Assembly: GCA_012517375.1 (NCBI GenBank)
Contig: JAAYVC010000095.1
Coordinates: forward strand, 7,061 to 71,060
Reading direction: 5' to 3'
Length of the DNA: 64,000 nucleotides
DNA from: a bacterium
Lineage (GTDB): Bacteria > Hydrothermota > Tepidihabitantia > B3-TA06
Both the position numbers and the translations under genes were made by a program. How positions within the stretch are numbered: position 1 is the first letter of the stretch; each line of letters opens with the position of its first letter. The notes beneath the pieces are model-generated. The model had not been told where the DNA came from, searched no databases, and saw nothing but the letters and a program-made list of their open reading frames with translations. This document shows positions 36,951-46,772 of the stretch, in pieces.

Positions 36951-38681
36951 TCATCGAACAAGAGTCAGCGTACTCTTGCTCCGCTCTTTGACCAATCCGT
37001 TTTCGTACGTTTCGATTATATAGAAATAAAGTCCGGAAGCCACCGGTTTCTTGCCGTCGTTCCTGCCGTCCCAGTAAGCGACTCGACCGTAGACGCTTAT
37101 CTCAGCGGGCTTCTCATCGAGAACCCTGACCCGCTCGCCCGCGAGATTGTAGATGTAGACCTTGAAATCGGGGTACTGACCCTGGGTCTTTTCTTCGTCC
37201 GTAGGTTCGTAGACGATGGTTACTTTCTCCCTTTCATGCGCGTTGAAGGGATTAGGATAAGAGTAGGTTCTGCCGAGAAGAAGAGCCGCTATCTCTAATC
37301 TGGCCGTCATTATGCTGTCGGCTTCTGATATGAGGGATACGGAAGCGCCCGAAGGCACGCCGTCATAAAATCTGCTGGATGGCACCGAGGAGTTCGAGAA
37401 ACCGAAGCTGTCGGACTTCCACAGATCGGATGCCGAACCCTGGCCCGAGGTGAAGAGGAATTGAGGGCTGCCGTCGGCCTGCATAATTCCTACCAGAGGA
37501 TTCGAAAGATTGTTGTTGTTCTCCTGGGATTCATCGACATGGAGTACAAGAAGCCCGTCTCCGGGCAATCCCTTGTCGAATCCCTTGCGCCTTCGGTTTT
37601 CGGCAAGAAAATATTCTCCTATGCCGGCTTTCTCGAAAGACCACTCGGCGCCGGATGGGTTCGCAAATATCCTCCATGCCGAGGCGGATGAATTCGATTC
37701 GGCGAACTCCGCCGCATCAACCTCTTCAAGGGCTCCCCTCTCAAGCGACTGCGGTTCCACCCAGCCGAGGAGATACTTGCACCACGCAGAGGGATGAACA
37801 GGAGATGAACCAGCAGGCGTTCCGCCCCACGAACCAGATGCCATGAGGCAGAAGATGCCGAGACCTGCAGAGCCTGAGGATGGACCATCGGTGATGTAGA
37901 GGTCGGGCAAGCCGAATCCGTGGCCCCACTCGTGGCAGAATACGCCAATGCTCGATATCGTTCCATCGACGGACTCGCTTGAGCGCTCGGGGTTGATGGT
38001 GTAGACGTCTATCTTTATCTTCTGGCCCGGGTGATTGGGATCGGCATCGTTCGTCTCATAGACGCCAGGGCCTCCGTAGGACGCCCAGCCTGAGAGAGAG
38101 AACTCGTGGGACCAGATATCGCCGGTGATTCCGGTCTCCTCTGCTCCGTAGCCAACGTGTATGACGGTGAAGATATCTACATACCCGTCGCCGTCGTTGT
38201 CGTACAGCGAGTAGTCGACCGATGCATCGGACGCCTGACAGGCCTCAAGAACGAGCGCGCCTGCCGAACGCGCATAGTTGTTGCCTATGCCGTAGTTGTC
38301 GTCGGCATAGTAGGATGCAGTGTATTTTGCAGGATACGGCCCGACTACTTGGCCTCGCAGATCAACTTTTCCGTAGGAAACCTCTTCGTAATAGTCGTGC
38401 GCGGACCCGCTGGTCCAAGGTCCGTCGAAGAGCATAGCCTGAAAATCAGAGGCATCATACTCAGCCCCGACGTCTGAATACGACATGAACACTACAGGGA
38501 AACGCCTAGTTCCGGATACTGTCTGGATCTGTATGTTTCCAGTTGTTGTCCGAGCGAATCCCCTGGATTGATTCAGTCCCAGTTCTCCGTATCTTTGCCA
38601 GGCATTAGCTGATAACGTTACCCCCGCCTTGGGAGGCATTGACCACAGCAACGCAAGTGTCGCACACAGTGCGGCATTCAT
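36951..38681 (-). CDS. M6-family (immune inhibitor A-like) zinc metalloprotease with a T9SS-type C-terminal sorting domain.
   Basis: It has HEWGHGFGLPDLY (HExxH...D/E). It has a signal peptide. The C-terminus is GLYFYIIETYENGLVKERSKSTLTLVR. Confidence 0.7.
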   Translation of the reverse strand: MNAALCATLALLWSMPPKAGVTLSANAWQRYGELGLNQSRGFARTTTGNIQIQTVSGTRRFPVVFMSYSDVGAEYDASDFQAMLFDGPWTSGSAHDYYEEVSYGKVDLRGQVVGPYPAKYTASYYADDNYGIGNNYARSAGALVLEACQASDASVDYSLYDNDGDGYVDIFTVIHVGYGAEETGITGDIWSHEFSLSGWASYGGPGVYETNDADPNHPGQKIKIDVYTINPERSSESVDGTISSIGVFCHEWGHGFGLPDLYITDGPSSGSAGLGIFCLMASGSWGGTPAGSSPVHPSAWCKYLLGWVEPQSLERGALEEVDAAEFAESNSSASAWRIFANPSGAEWSFEKAGIGEYFLAENRRRKGFDKGLPGDGLLVLHVDESQENNNNLSNPLVGIMQADGSPQFLFTSGQGSASDLWKSDSFGFSNSSVPSSRFYDGVPSGASVSLISEADSIMTARLEIAALLLGRTYSYPNPFNAHEREKVTIVYEPTDEEKTQGQYPDFKVYIYNLAGERVRVLDEKPAEISVYGRVAYWDGRNDGKKPVASGLYFYIIETYENGLVKERSKSTLTLVR

Positions 38682-38685
38682 AACG

Positions 38686-39042
38686 TCACTTCTTAGTCTC
38701 CTCCTTCTCCTTCATCGAGCATCGGCCTTCAAAAAAGACGTTGTCCTGAATCACGAGCCCTTTGCATGTGACGTCGCCAGTCAGATTCGCCCCTGAATGC
38801 ATCTCAACCTTGCCGTGCGAATAGACGTTACCCTCTATTCTTCCGCCGACAAAGGCATCCTTGCAGCGAACGTCGCCTTTAACCCGGGCGCTTGAACCGG
38901 CCGTGAAGGTATCGGAGACGGTTATGTTGCCTTCGAACTCTCCGTCTATACGGAGACTGCCCTTAGTTTTAACGTTGCCTGTAATTATTGTCTCTTTTCC
39001 AATTATCGTATCAAGCTTGGCGTCTTTGCCAGTGCTATTCAT
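38686..39042 (-). CDS. Bactofilin family cytoskeletal protein.
   Basis: It is 118 aa with beta-helical repeats (GSLRIDGEFEGNITVSD...ARVKGDVRCKDAFVGGRIEGNVYSHGKVEMHSGANLTGDV). Confidence 0.8.
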   Translation of the reverse strand: MNSTGKDAKLDTIIGKETIITGNVKTKGSLRIDGEFEGNITVSDTFTAGSSARVKGDVRCKDAFVGGRIEGNVYSHGKVEMHSGANLTGDVTCKGLVIQDNVFFEGRCSMKEKEETKK

Positions 39043-39991
39043 TGTATACTCCTCCTTTATATTCGCGTTTGAGGATGAAAAGGTTAGAGGGGTCTATAGG
39101 GGTTCCTTTGTGGCGCACTTCGAAGTGAAGATGAGGTCCGCTCGAGCGGCCTGTGTTGCCCACAAAGCCCACTATTGTATTCATTTTTACTTTTTCTCCC
39201 TTTTTCACCGTAACAGACTGCAGGTGTCCGTAGAAAGTTTCGTAATAAGGCCCGTGTCGTATCTTAAGAAAATTGCCGTATGTGGAATCGACACCTACAT
39301 CGCTTACAACACCCTCAGCCGTAGCAAAAACAGGCTTCCCCTCAGACGTTGCAAAATCTATTCCGGGGTGCGATTGAGAAAAGCCACGAGAAACCTGGAA
39401 ACCTACCGTGGGTAGTACCTGAGGATAAAAACCTTCTACGTCTTTCTCTATAAGATTCGTGTCAGGAGGCAAGGTGTCCAGGCTGTCCAGCTTCGGGATA
39501 ATAGGCCTGTACTGAAAAACAAGTTCTGTTGAATCCACAGGTCCGGGAGCTTTGGCAAGTCCGAGCATTATCCTGAGCTGGTCGAGTTTCTTCTCGCTCG
39601 TCGCAAGTTCCTTTTTAAGAACGGGCAAGTTGACCAAACCCTCTTCAAGTTCGGAGTTTCTCCTTCGCAAGTAATGGACCTCAGCTACTTGTCCGTATAT
39701 TTGAAGGGAATAAATAAGCATGAAGATGACGCCCGCTACGAAAACTCCAATGCCTGATAGTATTGCCAGAACCGCGTTCCTCGAATAGGTTTTGCCGAAG
39801 TATTTGTTTGTGTAGTTGGGTGTGATATTGAAGGATATCCTCTTCGGGATACTAAGCGGTTTATCGTAACGCTTCGGGGTCCGCTCTACGGGTTTTGTTG
39901 TAGCTTCACCGTTTGGTGGTTTATCCAGCTTCAGCTCCTGCTGTTTTTTATTCGATTTCTGCTCTTTTGGCTTCATTTCACAAGCCTCCAT
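39035..39991 (-). CDS. M23 family (LytM-type) peptidoglycan endopeptidase, membrane-anchored with a coiled coil.
   Basis: It has an N-terminal transmembrane helix and coiled coil. The C-terminus is HPGIDFAT...GNFLKIRHGPYYETFYGHL...GNTGRSSGPHLHFEV. Confidence 0.85.
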   Translation of the reverse strand: MEACEMKPKEQKSNKKQQELKLDKPPNGEATTKPVERTPKRYDKPLSIPKRISFNITPNYTNKYFGKTYSRNAVLAILSGIGVFVAGVIFMLIYSLQIYGQVAEVHYLRRRNSELEEGLVNLPVLKKELATSEKKLDQLRIMLGLAKAPGPVDSTELVFQYRPIIPKLDSLDTLPPDTNLIEKDVEGFYPQVLPTVGFQVSRGFSQSHPGIDFATSEGKPVFATAEGVVSDVGVDSTYGNFLKIRHGPYYETFYGHLQSVTVKKGEKVKMNTIVGFVGNTGRSSGPHLHFEVRHKGTPIDPSNLFILKREYKGGVYNE

Positions 39992-40872
39992 ACGAGCTTA
40001 AGCAATGCATCGTAATCGGTTTTCCTTACCTTCTCGACCCCCTGAGCGTAGCGCTCTAATGGTATTCCTAATACGGCACATTCTAAACCCGCCCTTGCGA
40101 GAATGTCCGATGCCGATGAATGCTCTAAATTTATTGTATTCCTAACGACGACTTTCTCCTTCGCGGCAAGATCGCTTACATACTCCCTCGTGTTTGACGA
40201 GGGAATACTCCGCTGGGTTCTCACCGGCAACAACACGCTTCCCTCGCTGTTTTGGGATGGCGAAGGCATCGCTTCAAGAACGAACGTATTCGAGACGCTC
40301 ATACCCGCCATTGACGATGTAAGTCCCATATATCCAAGATGCTTCCCTGTGTAAAAAAGAAAGGCAACAGGCTTTTTGATTTCACCCGATTTTGATGCGA
40401 GTTCGAGCAGAATAGCCGAGGCGAGCCTGTCGGAAAGGGCGCTTGCATATATTGAATTATCTGTTTCGAAAAACTCGGGCGCCCGAACAAGAAACGTGCC
40501 TGCAGAAATATCGCCAGCGAAAAGTGGTTCGGCGCGCTGCTCCTTCCCGTCGCACGAAGGCGACACCAAATAGCGGTTTCCCTTTTCATCGAGGGCCCAG
40601 CCGCCTTCCTGAACCGGACCGGATGGAAGCGTTTTCAGATGCATTACGCCCTCAGCGTCCTTGTGTTCAACCACCCACGAACGCTGGTCGGTGTTAGTGA
40701 CAAAAAGCTCATAAGGCTCTTTCCCGCGGAAGCCCTTAAGATTTCCGAGATTGTCTATTGATACTTCAAAACCGGCATCGCTTAGTTCTTTCTTCAAATA
40801 CTCGACAAACAAAGCCTCCCTGCCCGTAGGTCCAAAAAGGAAGCAGACTTTCTTTAGCAATTCAACGTTCAA
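39973..40872 (-). CDS. M42 (TET/FrvX aminopeptidase) family paralogue that is predicted catalytically inactive.
   Basis: It aligns with the two downstream M42 genes. It has TNTDQ in place of H(M/L)D(E/Q)VG, and GKHLG in place of QEEVG. At 299 aa it is shortened. Confidence 0.55.
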   Translation of the reverse strand: MNVELLKKVCFLFGPTGREALFVEYLKKELSDAGFEVSIDNLGNLKGFRGKEPYELFVTNTDQRSWVVEHKDAEGVMHLKTLPSGPVQEGGWALDEKGNRYLVSPSCDGKEQRAEPLFAGDISAGTFLVRAPEFFETDNSIYASALSDRLASAILLELASKSGEIKKPVAFLFYTGKHLGYMGLTSSMAGMSVSNTFVLEAMPSPSQNSEGSVLLPVRTQRSIPSSNTREYVSDLAAKEKVVVRNTINLEHSSASDILARAGLECAVLGIPLERYAQGVEKVRKTDYDALLKLVWRLVK

Positions 40873-41899
40873 TGTAACGCCTCTTTAAATCATGTGTCAC
40901 TTTTTTAACTAGCTTTATTGCATTAATTATATCATCAGTGGATGAAATTGCAACAGGCGAATGTATGTATCTAGAAGGTACTGCCACAACGGCCGCATCA
41001 AGAGATTTAACCCTTACCGCAGCGCCTGCATCAGTACCGCCGACAAGAGGTCTTTTATACTGCCAAGGCAGGCCGCAAGCGTCCGCCGTATTCGTTATGA
41101 AATCCATAAGTCTTCTGCTCGCGACAACGCTTCCGTCCAGTATGGTAATGACAGGACCCTTGCCGATTCTCGGAAGCCGCGACGTGTCTTTATCGACCGG
41201 AACATCGCCTGCGCCAGTACCTTCAACGACGATTAGTATATCCGGCTTAACCCTTGCGGAGGCTATTCTTGCGCCTCGCAATCCCACCTCCTCCTGCACC
41301 GTCCAGATAAAGGTAACCGGTACATCATAGTCTTCGCGAATGAGTTCTGCGAGTATGTAGCAGCCGAGTCTGTCGTCAAAAGCTTTTCCCTTTATGATGC
41401 CGTCTCTTGCTTCGAAATTCGTATCGAAAGCGACCGGATCTCCTGGCGATACAAGGCTTTGGGCCTGCGCTTTTGATGATGCTCCTATATCCAACCTTAA
41501 ATCTTTTATGCCTATAACTTTTTTTGAATCCATGGCATCCACGAGGAAAGGCGGTACGCTGCCGATGACGCCAGGTATCCGTTCCTTTCCGACGGTCACT
41601 CTCTTCGCAAGAAGGACCCTTGGGTCTATACCGCCCAGAGGAGTAAGCTTGATATATCCATCTTCGTCCACCCTGTCGACCATCAGCCCGACCTCATCCA
41701 TGTGCGCTGCAAAGGCGAGATGAGGTCCGCGATTTCCCTTCCCCTTAGTCATATAGAGATTGCCGAGCCAGTCAGTTTCGACTTCATCGGCATAGCTTGA
41801 GACTTTGTCGTGGATGAGCGTCCTGACTTCATCTTCAAGTCCGGGAAGCCCGTTCGTGTCCGTCAGTTCTTTAAGGAATTCTCTGTCTAAAGACTCCAT
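40862..41899 (-). CDS. M42 family metallo-aminopeptidase (TET / FrvX-like).
   Basis: It has FAAHMDEVGLMV, FDDRLGCY, VQEEVGLRGA and YIHSPV, so all metal ligands are present. Confidence 0.8.
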   Translation of the reverse strand: MESLDREFLKELTDTNGLPGLEDEVRTLIHDKVSSYADEVETDWLGNLYMTKGKGNRGPHLAFAAHMDEVGLMVDRVDEDGYIKLTPLGGIDPRVLLAKRVTVGKERIPGVIGSVPPFLVDAMDSKKVIGIKDLRLDIGASSKAQAQSLVSPGDPVAFDTNFEARDGIIKGKAFDDRLGCYILAELIREDYDVPVTFIWTVQEEVGLRGARIASARVKPDILIVVEGTGAGDVPVDKDTSRLPRIGKGPVITILDGSVVASRRLMDFITNTADACGLPWQYKRPLVGGTDAGAAVRVKSLDAAVVAVPSRYIHSPVAISSTDDIINAIKLVKKVTHDLKRRYIER

Positions 41900-42927
41900 A
41901 TCTCCTTATCCGCAAACACTCTTGAAAGAAGAAGCGAGGCATTCTCGACATCCTTCATGTCCATCACCTCGACGGGCGTATGCATGTAGCGGACTGGTAT
42001 TGAAATAAGCGCCGCAGGCAAACCTTCGGCTATAAGGGTAATGACGTCCGATTCTGTGCCTGTAGAGCGTCCGAGAGGTTCCAGACCATAGGGCACGGAT
42101 AGCGTCTCAGCCTTATTTTTTATTGCCTCAAGATGCGGCTTTGACAAGACAGGACCAACGCCCAGCGTCGGGCCTGCACCCAAGGGAAATGAATAATCGC
42201 TCGATCCGTGAGAAATTCCGTATGTAACATCGGCGACAACGGCAAAAGAAGGATGAGCGGAGGACATGCTTCTTGCAGCGGATGAAGCCCCTAACATCGA
42301 GACCTCCTCCTGTGCGGATGCGACGAATAGAATCTTGCCGGGAAGCTTGCGCGCGTTGAGTTCCTTGGTAAGAAGCAAAGAAAGAAATACACCCGCCTTG
42401 TTATCCAGGCCGGCTGAGGTCACGAGAGAACCTTGAAGCGCCTTCGGTTTGGAATTCCAGACACACGGGTCTCCGGTTCCGACAATCCCTCTTAGCTCCT
42501 CAGCCTTCATACCGACGTCTATGTAAAGCTTGTCTGCAGGAATTGTCTGTCTGCGCTCTTCTTCGGTGACGAAGTGCGGCGGGCTCATACCTACAACGCC
42601 CCTTAGAGCTTTTTTCCCAAGCACGGTTAGCTCCTGTGAAACCACTATCCTAGGATCGATGCCGGGCATCTTGACGTATATGTAGCCTTCATCATCTACA
42701 TGTTCGACGATCAAGGACACCTGGTCAAGATGCGCGAAAAAAAGCGCCGTTCTCTCACCCTGGCCTATCTCCCAGCTCAGGCCTGAAGTACCAAGGTCAA
42801 AAGAACGGACGCTAATCGAATCAAGATACTCTTCAAGAAATCTCTTGGCCATTCCTTCGTGACCGGATGGAGATGGGATCTCAAGAAAACTGAAAAACAA
42901 ATCCCGGTTCATCTGGTTTTGAACCAC
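41887..42927 (-). CDS. M42 family metallo-aminopeptidase (TET / FrvX-like).
   Basis: It has FFAHLDQVSLIV, LDNKAGVF, AQEEVSMLGA and YMHTPVE. Confidence 0.8.
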   Translation of the reverse strand: MVQNQMNRDLFFSFLEIPSPSGHEGMAKRFLEEYLDSISVRSFDLGTSGLSWEIGQGERTALFFAHLDQVSLIVEHVDDEGYIYVKMPGIDPRIVVSQELTVLGKKALRGVVGMSPPHFVTEEERRQTIPADKLYIDVGMKAEELRGIVGTGDPCVWNSKPKALQGSLVTSAGLDNKAGVFLSLLLTKELNARKLPGKILFVASAQEEVSMLGASSAARSMSSAHPSFAVVADVTYGISHGSSDYSFPLGAGPTLGVGPVLSKPHLEAIKNKAETLSVPYGLEPLGRSTGTESDVITLIAEGLPAALISIPVRYMHTPVEVMDMKDVENASLLLSRVFADKEIWSL

Positions 42928-43748
42928 TCTATCAGTCTTGACAGTTCCGATTCGTCAGAGAAGAGAAGTTCTAGACGACCGCCCTTTCCGGAACGTAGGA
43001 GTCTTACCTTTACACCAAGCTTTTCTCCAAGGAATTCTTCAGTGGACGCCCTTATTCCGTCATGCTGCTTGCGCCGCTCTGGCATCGTTACCCTGTTTGA
43101 CGACTGCGCTATCTTCTCGACAGACCTCACGGTAAGTCCTTCGCTCACTATTCTGTCGCATACCTTTTCGATAAGCGATACGGACGTGATGGAAAGCATC
43201 GCCCTTGCATGTCCCTCCGATATCTTGCCCTCTTCAATGAACAATCTGGCTTTTCGCGGAAGCGACAGCAACCTCATGGTGTTCGCAACAGTGGAGCGGT
43301 CCTTTGCGACAATCCTTGCTATCTCCTCCTGGGTCATGGCGAACTCCTCGCTTAACTGCTTGTATGCAAGCGCAGACTCAATAGGATTAAGGTTCTCCCT
43401 CTGAAGGTTCTCAACCAAAGCAAGCGCCAGCATCTGCTTCTCGGTAACTTCCTTGATGACGACCGGAACGTCAGTAAGACCTGCGAGCTGGGACGCCTTA
43501 AGCCTGCGCGAGCCAGCTACAAGCTGATAGCCTGAGCCGTGTTTTCGAACGACTATCGGCTGCAGCACCCCGTGCTCCCTTATTGAAGCTGCAAGTTCGG
43601 CGACCTCCTGGCCCGTCACCTTTCTCGGCTGGTACGGGTTATCGGCAATGAGCTTTACAGGAAGCGTGAGCGGCGGTTCCTTTGAGTCCTTCTGGACGGT
43701 TGCAGGGATCAGCGCTTCGATTCCCTTTCCTAGCGCTTTTCTAGCCAC
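42909..43748 (-). CDS. parB: Chromosome partitioning protein ParB.
   Basis: It has GLTDVPVVIKEVTEKQMLALALVENLQRENLNPIE (ParB box) and a helix-turn-helix. Confidence 0.9.
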   Translation of the reverse strand: MARKALGKGIEALIPATVQKDSKEPPLTLPVKLIADNPYQPRKVTGQEVAELAASIREHGVLQPIVVRKHGSGYQLVAGSRRLKASQLAGLTDVPVVIKEVTEKQMLALALVENLQRENLNPIESALAYKQLSEEFAMTQEEIARIVAKDRSTVANTMRLLSLPRKARLFIEEGKISEGHARAMLSITSVSLIEKVCDRIVSEGLTVRSVEKIAQSSNRVTMPERRKQHDGIRASTEEFLGEKLGVKVRLLRSGKGGRLELLFSDESELSRLIEWFKTR

Positions 43749-44496
43749 GCGATATCACCTCGCTCGCAAGCTCGAGATAAGCCTGGGCGCCTCTTGAGTT
43801 GATGTCGTAGTGAAGGATGGTCTGGCCGAAGCTCGGAGCCTCGGCAAGGCGAACGTTACGCGGAATCATAGTTACGAAAACCTTTCCCGAGAAATACTTT
43901 CTTACCTCCTCTGCGACCTGGTCTGCAAGATTCGTGCGGGGGTCGTACATAGTCAGAAGCACACCGAAAATCTCGAGACCGGGATTTAGGGACTGCCTGA
44001 CGCGGTTGAGGGTATCAGTAAGCTTGCTGATTCCCTCAAGAGAATAGTACTCGCACTGAACCGGAATAAGCACGCCCTCGGCAGCAACAAGCGCATTGAG
44101 GGTAAGGATGCCGAGCGAAGGCGGAGCATCCATAATGACGTAATCGTAGGAATCAAGCCCTTCTATCGCTCGTTTAAGTCTTGCTTCCCTTGCCTCTGAG
44201 TCGATCAGCTCTATCTCAAGGCCTGCAAGATCGAGCGACGCCGGTATAATGTCAAGGTACTTTACAGAAGTACCCTGTACGGCTTCGCGGGTACGCTCCG
44301 GGTCCATGAATATCTCGTATGTAGAAAGCTTCGGCTCGCGGTTGTCTATCCCCAGACCGGATGTGGCGTTTGCCTGGGCATCCACATCGATGAGAAGAAC
44401 CCGTTTTTCGGCAACCGCTAGCGCGGCCGAAAGGTTGATGGCGGTGGTGGTCTTGCCGACCCCGCCCTTTTGGTTGACTACGGCAATCCTTCTCAT
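43741..44496 (-). CDS. parA: Chromosome partitioning ATPase ParA/Soj.
   Basis: It has the deviant Walker A motif MRRIAVVNQKGGVGKTTTAINLSAALA. Confidence 0.95.
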   Translation of the reverse strand: MRRIAVVNQKGGVGKTTTAINLSAALAVAEKRVLLIDVDAQANATSGLGIDNREPKLSTYEIFMDPERTREAVQGTSVKYLDIIPASLDLAGLEIELIDSEAREARLKRAIEGLDSYDYVIMDAPPSLGILTLNALVAAEGVLIPVQCEYYSLEGISKLTDTLNRVRQSLNPGLEIFGVLLTMYDPRTNLADQVAEEVRKYFSGKVFVTMIPRNVRLAEAPSFGQTILHYDINSRGAQAYLELASEVISRG

Positions 44497-44499
44497 TCT

Positions 44500-45810
44500 T
44501 TATGTTATTGAATTATCACCGCTTGTCAACAAAACCGCGGGAGACATAAGTTCCGGAATCTTGTATAAGTCGTCTGCAGAGACTTCCTTCTGCTCACTGG
44601 TTGTCATGTTTCGCAAGATAAAGCGTCCTTTAGCTATCTCATCGTCGCCTATTATCAGTACATACCTTGCGTTTCTTGCGGAAGCGCGCTTAAGGAGTTT
44701 GGAAAGACCTGCCTCGCGGTATTCGAGCTGGACATGGATTCCTTTTTCGCGGAGCCTGAAGGCGAGTTCCAGGCCAAAGCTTGCTCCACGTTCACCTAAA
44801 GGAAGCAAAAGAAGCGGTATGGCGTAACCCGGGAATTCGAGAATCGATTCCCCCTTCGAAGCAAGGAGCGCGCGTTCGACACCGAAAGCGAAACCTATGC
44901 CAGGAGCCGGCTGCCCGCCCATCTCCTCCATGAGGTAGTCGTACCTGCCTCCGCCGCAGACGGTATCCTGGGCGCCGAGTGTTGTCGATTTGAATTCTAT
45001 GACGGTACGGGAATAGTAGTCGAGTCCTCTGACCAGACGAGCGTTTTCGGTATACGGTATCGAAAAGGTGCCGAGACCTCTTTTGACGCCTGAAAAATGC
45101 GCCGAACACTCCTCGCACAGATATTGTGATTGCGACGGAGCGTCCTTCAGAATATTCTGACACCTTTGGAGTTTGCAGTCGAACACCCTTAAGGGATTGC
45201 GGGTCATCCTCAGCTTGCAGTCGTCGCAAAGGTCTTCTTTATGCTTTTCGAGAAAGGCCACAAGGGTTGACGTATAGCCGGGCCTGCACTCTCTGCATCC
45301 TATCGAGTTGAGTTCGAGGTAAAGCCCTGCGATTCCTATGTTCGAGAAAAGGTCGTATCCGAGTTTTATCAATTCGACGTCGACCCCAGACTCTGCCTCG
45401 CCCAGAATCTCGACGCCTATCTGCGTGTGTTCTCGGTAGCGGCCCTTTTGCGGTTTGTCCTGCCTGAACATGGGCATCATGTACCACAACCGTATGGGTA
45501 GTTTGAGATTGTTTTCCAGTACGGCGCGTATAACAGAGGGGGTTCCCTCGGGACGAAGTGCAAGTTCCCTCTGAGCCATATCCTTGAAGTGGTACATCTC
45601 CTTGGTGACGATATCGGAAGATTGACCAGTGGAACGTTCGTAAAGCTCGCAGGATTCGAATGTGGGCGTCAAAATTGGCAGGATTCCGGCCTTAAGGAAG
45701 TATCTTGAGACGAGTTCCTGGAGCTCCTGTCGCGCGAAACCCTCTCTCGGAAGGACGTCTCTGGTTCCTTTAACCCGCTGAAAGCGCACGTTTCTTTCTC
45801 CAGTAGCCAA
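44500..45810 (-). CDS. hisS: Histidine--tRNA ligase.
   Basis: It has FQRVKGTRDVLP (motif 1 region), class II motifs and GGGRYD. It is 436 aa. Its true start is possibly an internal GTG. Confidence 0.9.
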   Translation of the reverse strand: MATGERNVRFQRVKGTRDVLPREGFARQELQELVSRYFLKAGILPILTPTFESCELYERSTGQSSDIVTKEMYHFKDMAQRELALRPEGTPSVIRAVLENNLKLPIRLWYMMPMFRQDKPQKGRYREHTQIGVEILGEAESGVDVELIKLGYDLFSNIGIAGLYLELNSIGCRECRPGYTSTLVAFLEKHKEDLCDDCKLRMTRNPLRVFDCKLQRCQNILKDAPSQSQYLCEECSAHFSGVKRGLGTFSIPYTENARLVRGLDYYSRTVIEFKSTTLGAQDTVCGGGRYDYLMEEMGGQPAPGIGFAFGVERALLASKGESILEFPGYAIPLLLLPLGERGASFGLELAFRLREKGIHVQLEYREAGLSKLLKRASARNARYVLIIGDDEIAKGRFILRNMTTSEQKEVSADDLYKIPELMSPAVLLTSGDNSIT

Positions 45811-46102
45811 GAAAATATCCGGTTATTATGCCTGCTTCGTTGAATGCTATATCCCAGAAGCCCACCTGCCTTCCAGGAGCAAGAAGTTGAAGAAACTCGT
45901 TTCCTGCTCCGAAGGCGAGAACGAGAATTGCTGCCCACCATCCGAATGACCTTGAGGTAAGGTATCCCAGATACGAAAATGCAAAAAAATGCAGTATCTT
46001 ATCCATGGGGAATTTGTGAGCAGGCGTTATCCTTCCCGGTATGAGGGAAAGCGCGACCAGGAATAACACCCATACGATAAGATATACGTGATACCGCCGC
46101 AT
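45770..46102 (-). CDS. VanZ-like family membrane protein.
   Basis: It is 110 aa with 3-4 transmembrane helices. It has DKILHFFAFSYLGYL and NEFLQLLAPGRQVGFWDIAFNEAG. Confidence 0.55.
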   Translation of the reverse strand: MRRYHVYLIVWVLFLVALSLIPGRITPAHKFPMDKILHFFAFSYLGYLTSRSFGWWAAILVLAFGAGNEFLQLLAPGRQVGFWDIAFNEAGIITGYFLGYWRKKRALSAG

Positions 46103-46103
46103 C

Positions 46104-46721
46104 CTAACCCCTTATTATCTCTTTAATCCTCATGAGGCGAGTGAGATTCCCTCGCTCCATCTCCGAAAGCTTCAGGTTAATGTAGGAGATCGTTTCCTTG
46201 ATATTCGGGACCACTATGTATTCCAGGGCATTCACGCGCCGCCGGGTACGCTCAATCTCTTCGGCAACAAGTTCAAGTGTCTTCTCCTTCTCGGCCAATA
46301 GAACCATCTTTTCGAGAACGGCGAATATAGCTTCAAGCGAAAGGTCAAGCTCGGCAGACGTTTCGAGAAAACCGTAGCACCGCATTTTTCCTTCGAGCCT
46401 TGGCTTGAAGGTCGGCGCCTTTACGTTAAGGATTCTTTTCGTCCCTGATTCTATTTCGAGTTTCACAGACGGAAGCGACGTTGCGATATCGGCCGAGCGG
46501 GGATTACGCTGATTCTTGGCCAAAGCGTATCTGGCAAAGGCTTTCCTCAGTGCGTCCTCCACCTCCTTCCGGAGAGCCTGAATCTCGTCGACAAGAGAGT
46601 AGACATTGCGCATGAGCTCTTCGAGCTTGTCCTTGAGAAGTTTGTGGCCTCGCTCCGCGATAACGAGTCTCCGCCTCAGCTTCAGGAGCTCCATCCTTGT
46701 CGCGTTGACGTTCAATCTCAC
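46104..46721 (-). CDS. atpD: V-type ATP synthase subunit D.
   Basis: The N-terminus MRLNVNATRMELLKLRRRLVIAERGHKLLKDK is a hallmark of the V/A-type D subunit. Confidence 0.9.
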   Translation of the reverse strand: MRLNVNATRMELLKLRRRLVIAERGHKLLKDKLEELMRNVYSLVDEIQALRKEVEDALRKAFARYALAKNQRNPRSADIATSLPSVKLEIESGTKRILNVKAPTFKPRLEGKMRCYGFLETSAELDLSLEAIFAVLEKMVLLAEKEKTLELVAEEIERTRRRVNALEYIVVPNIKETISYINLKLSEMERGNLTRLMRIKEIIRG

Positions 46722-46772
46722 GAAAACCTCTCTTCCGCAGATTGAGCAATTCTCTTATAAAAGGTCTTCAAC

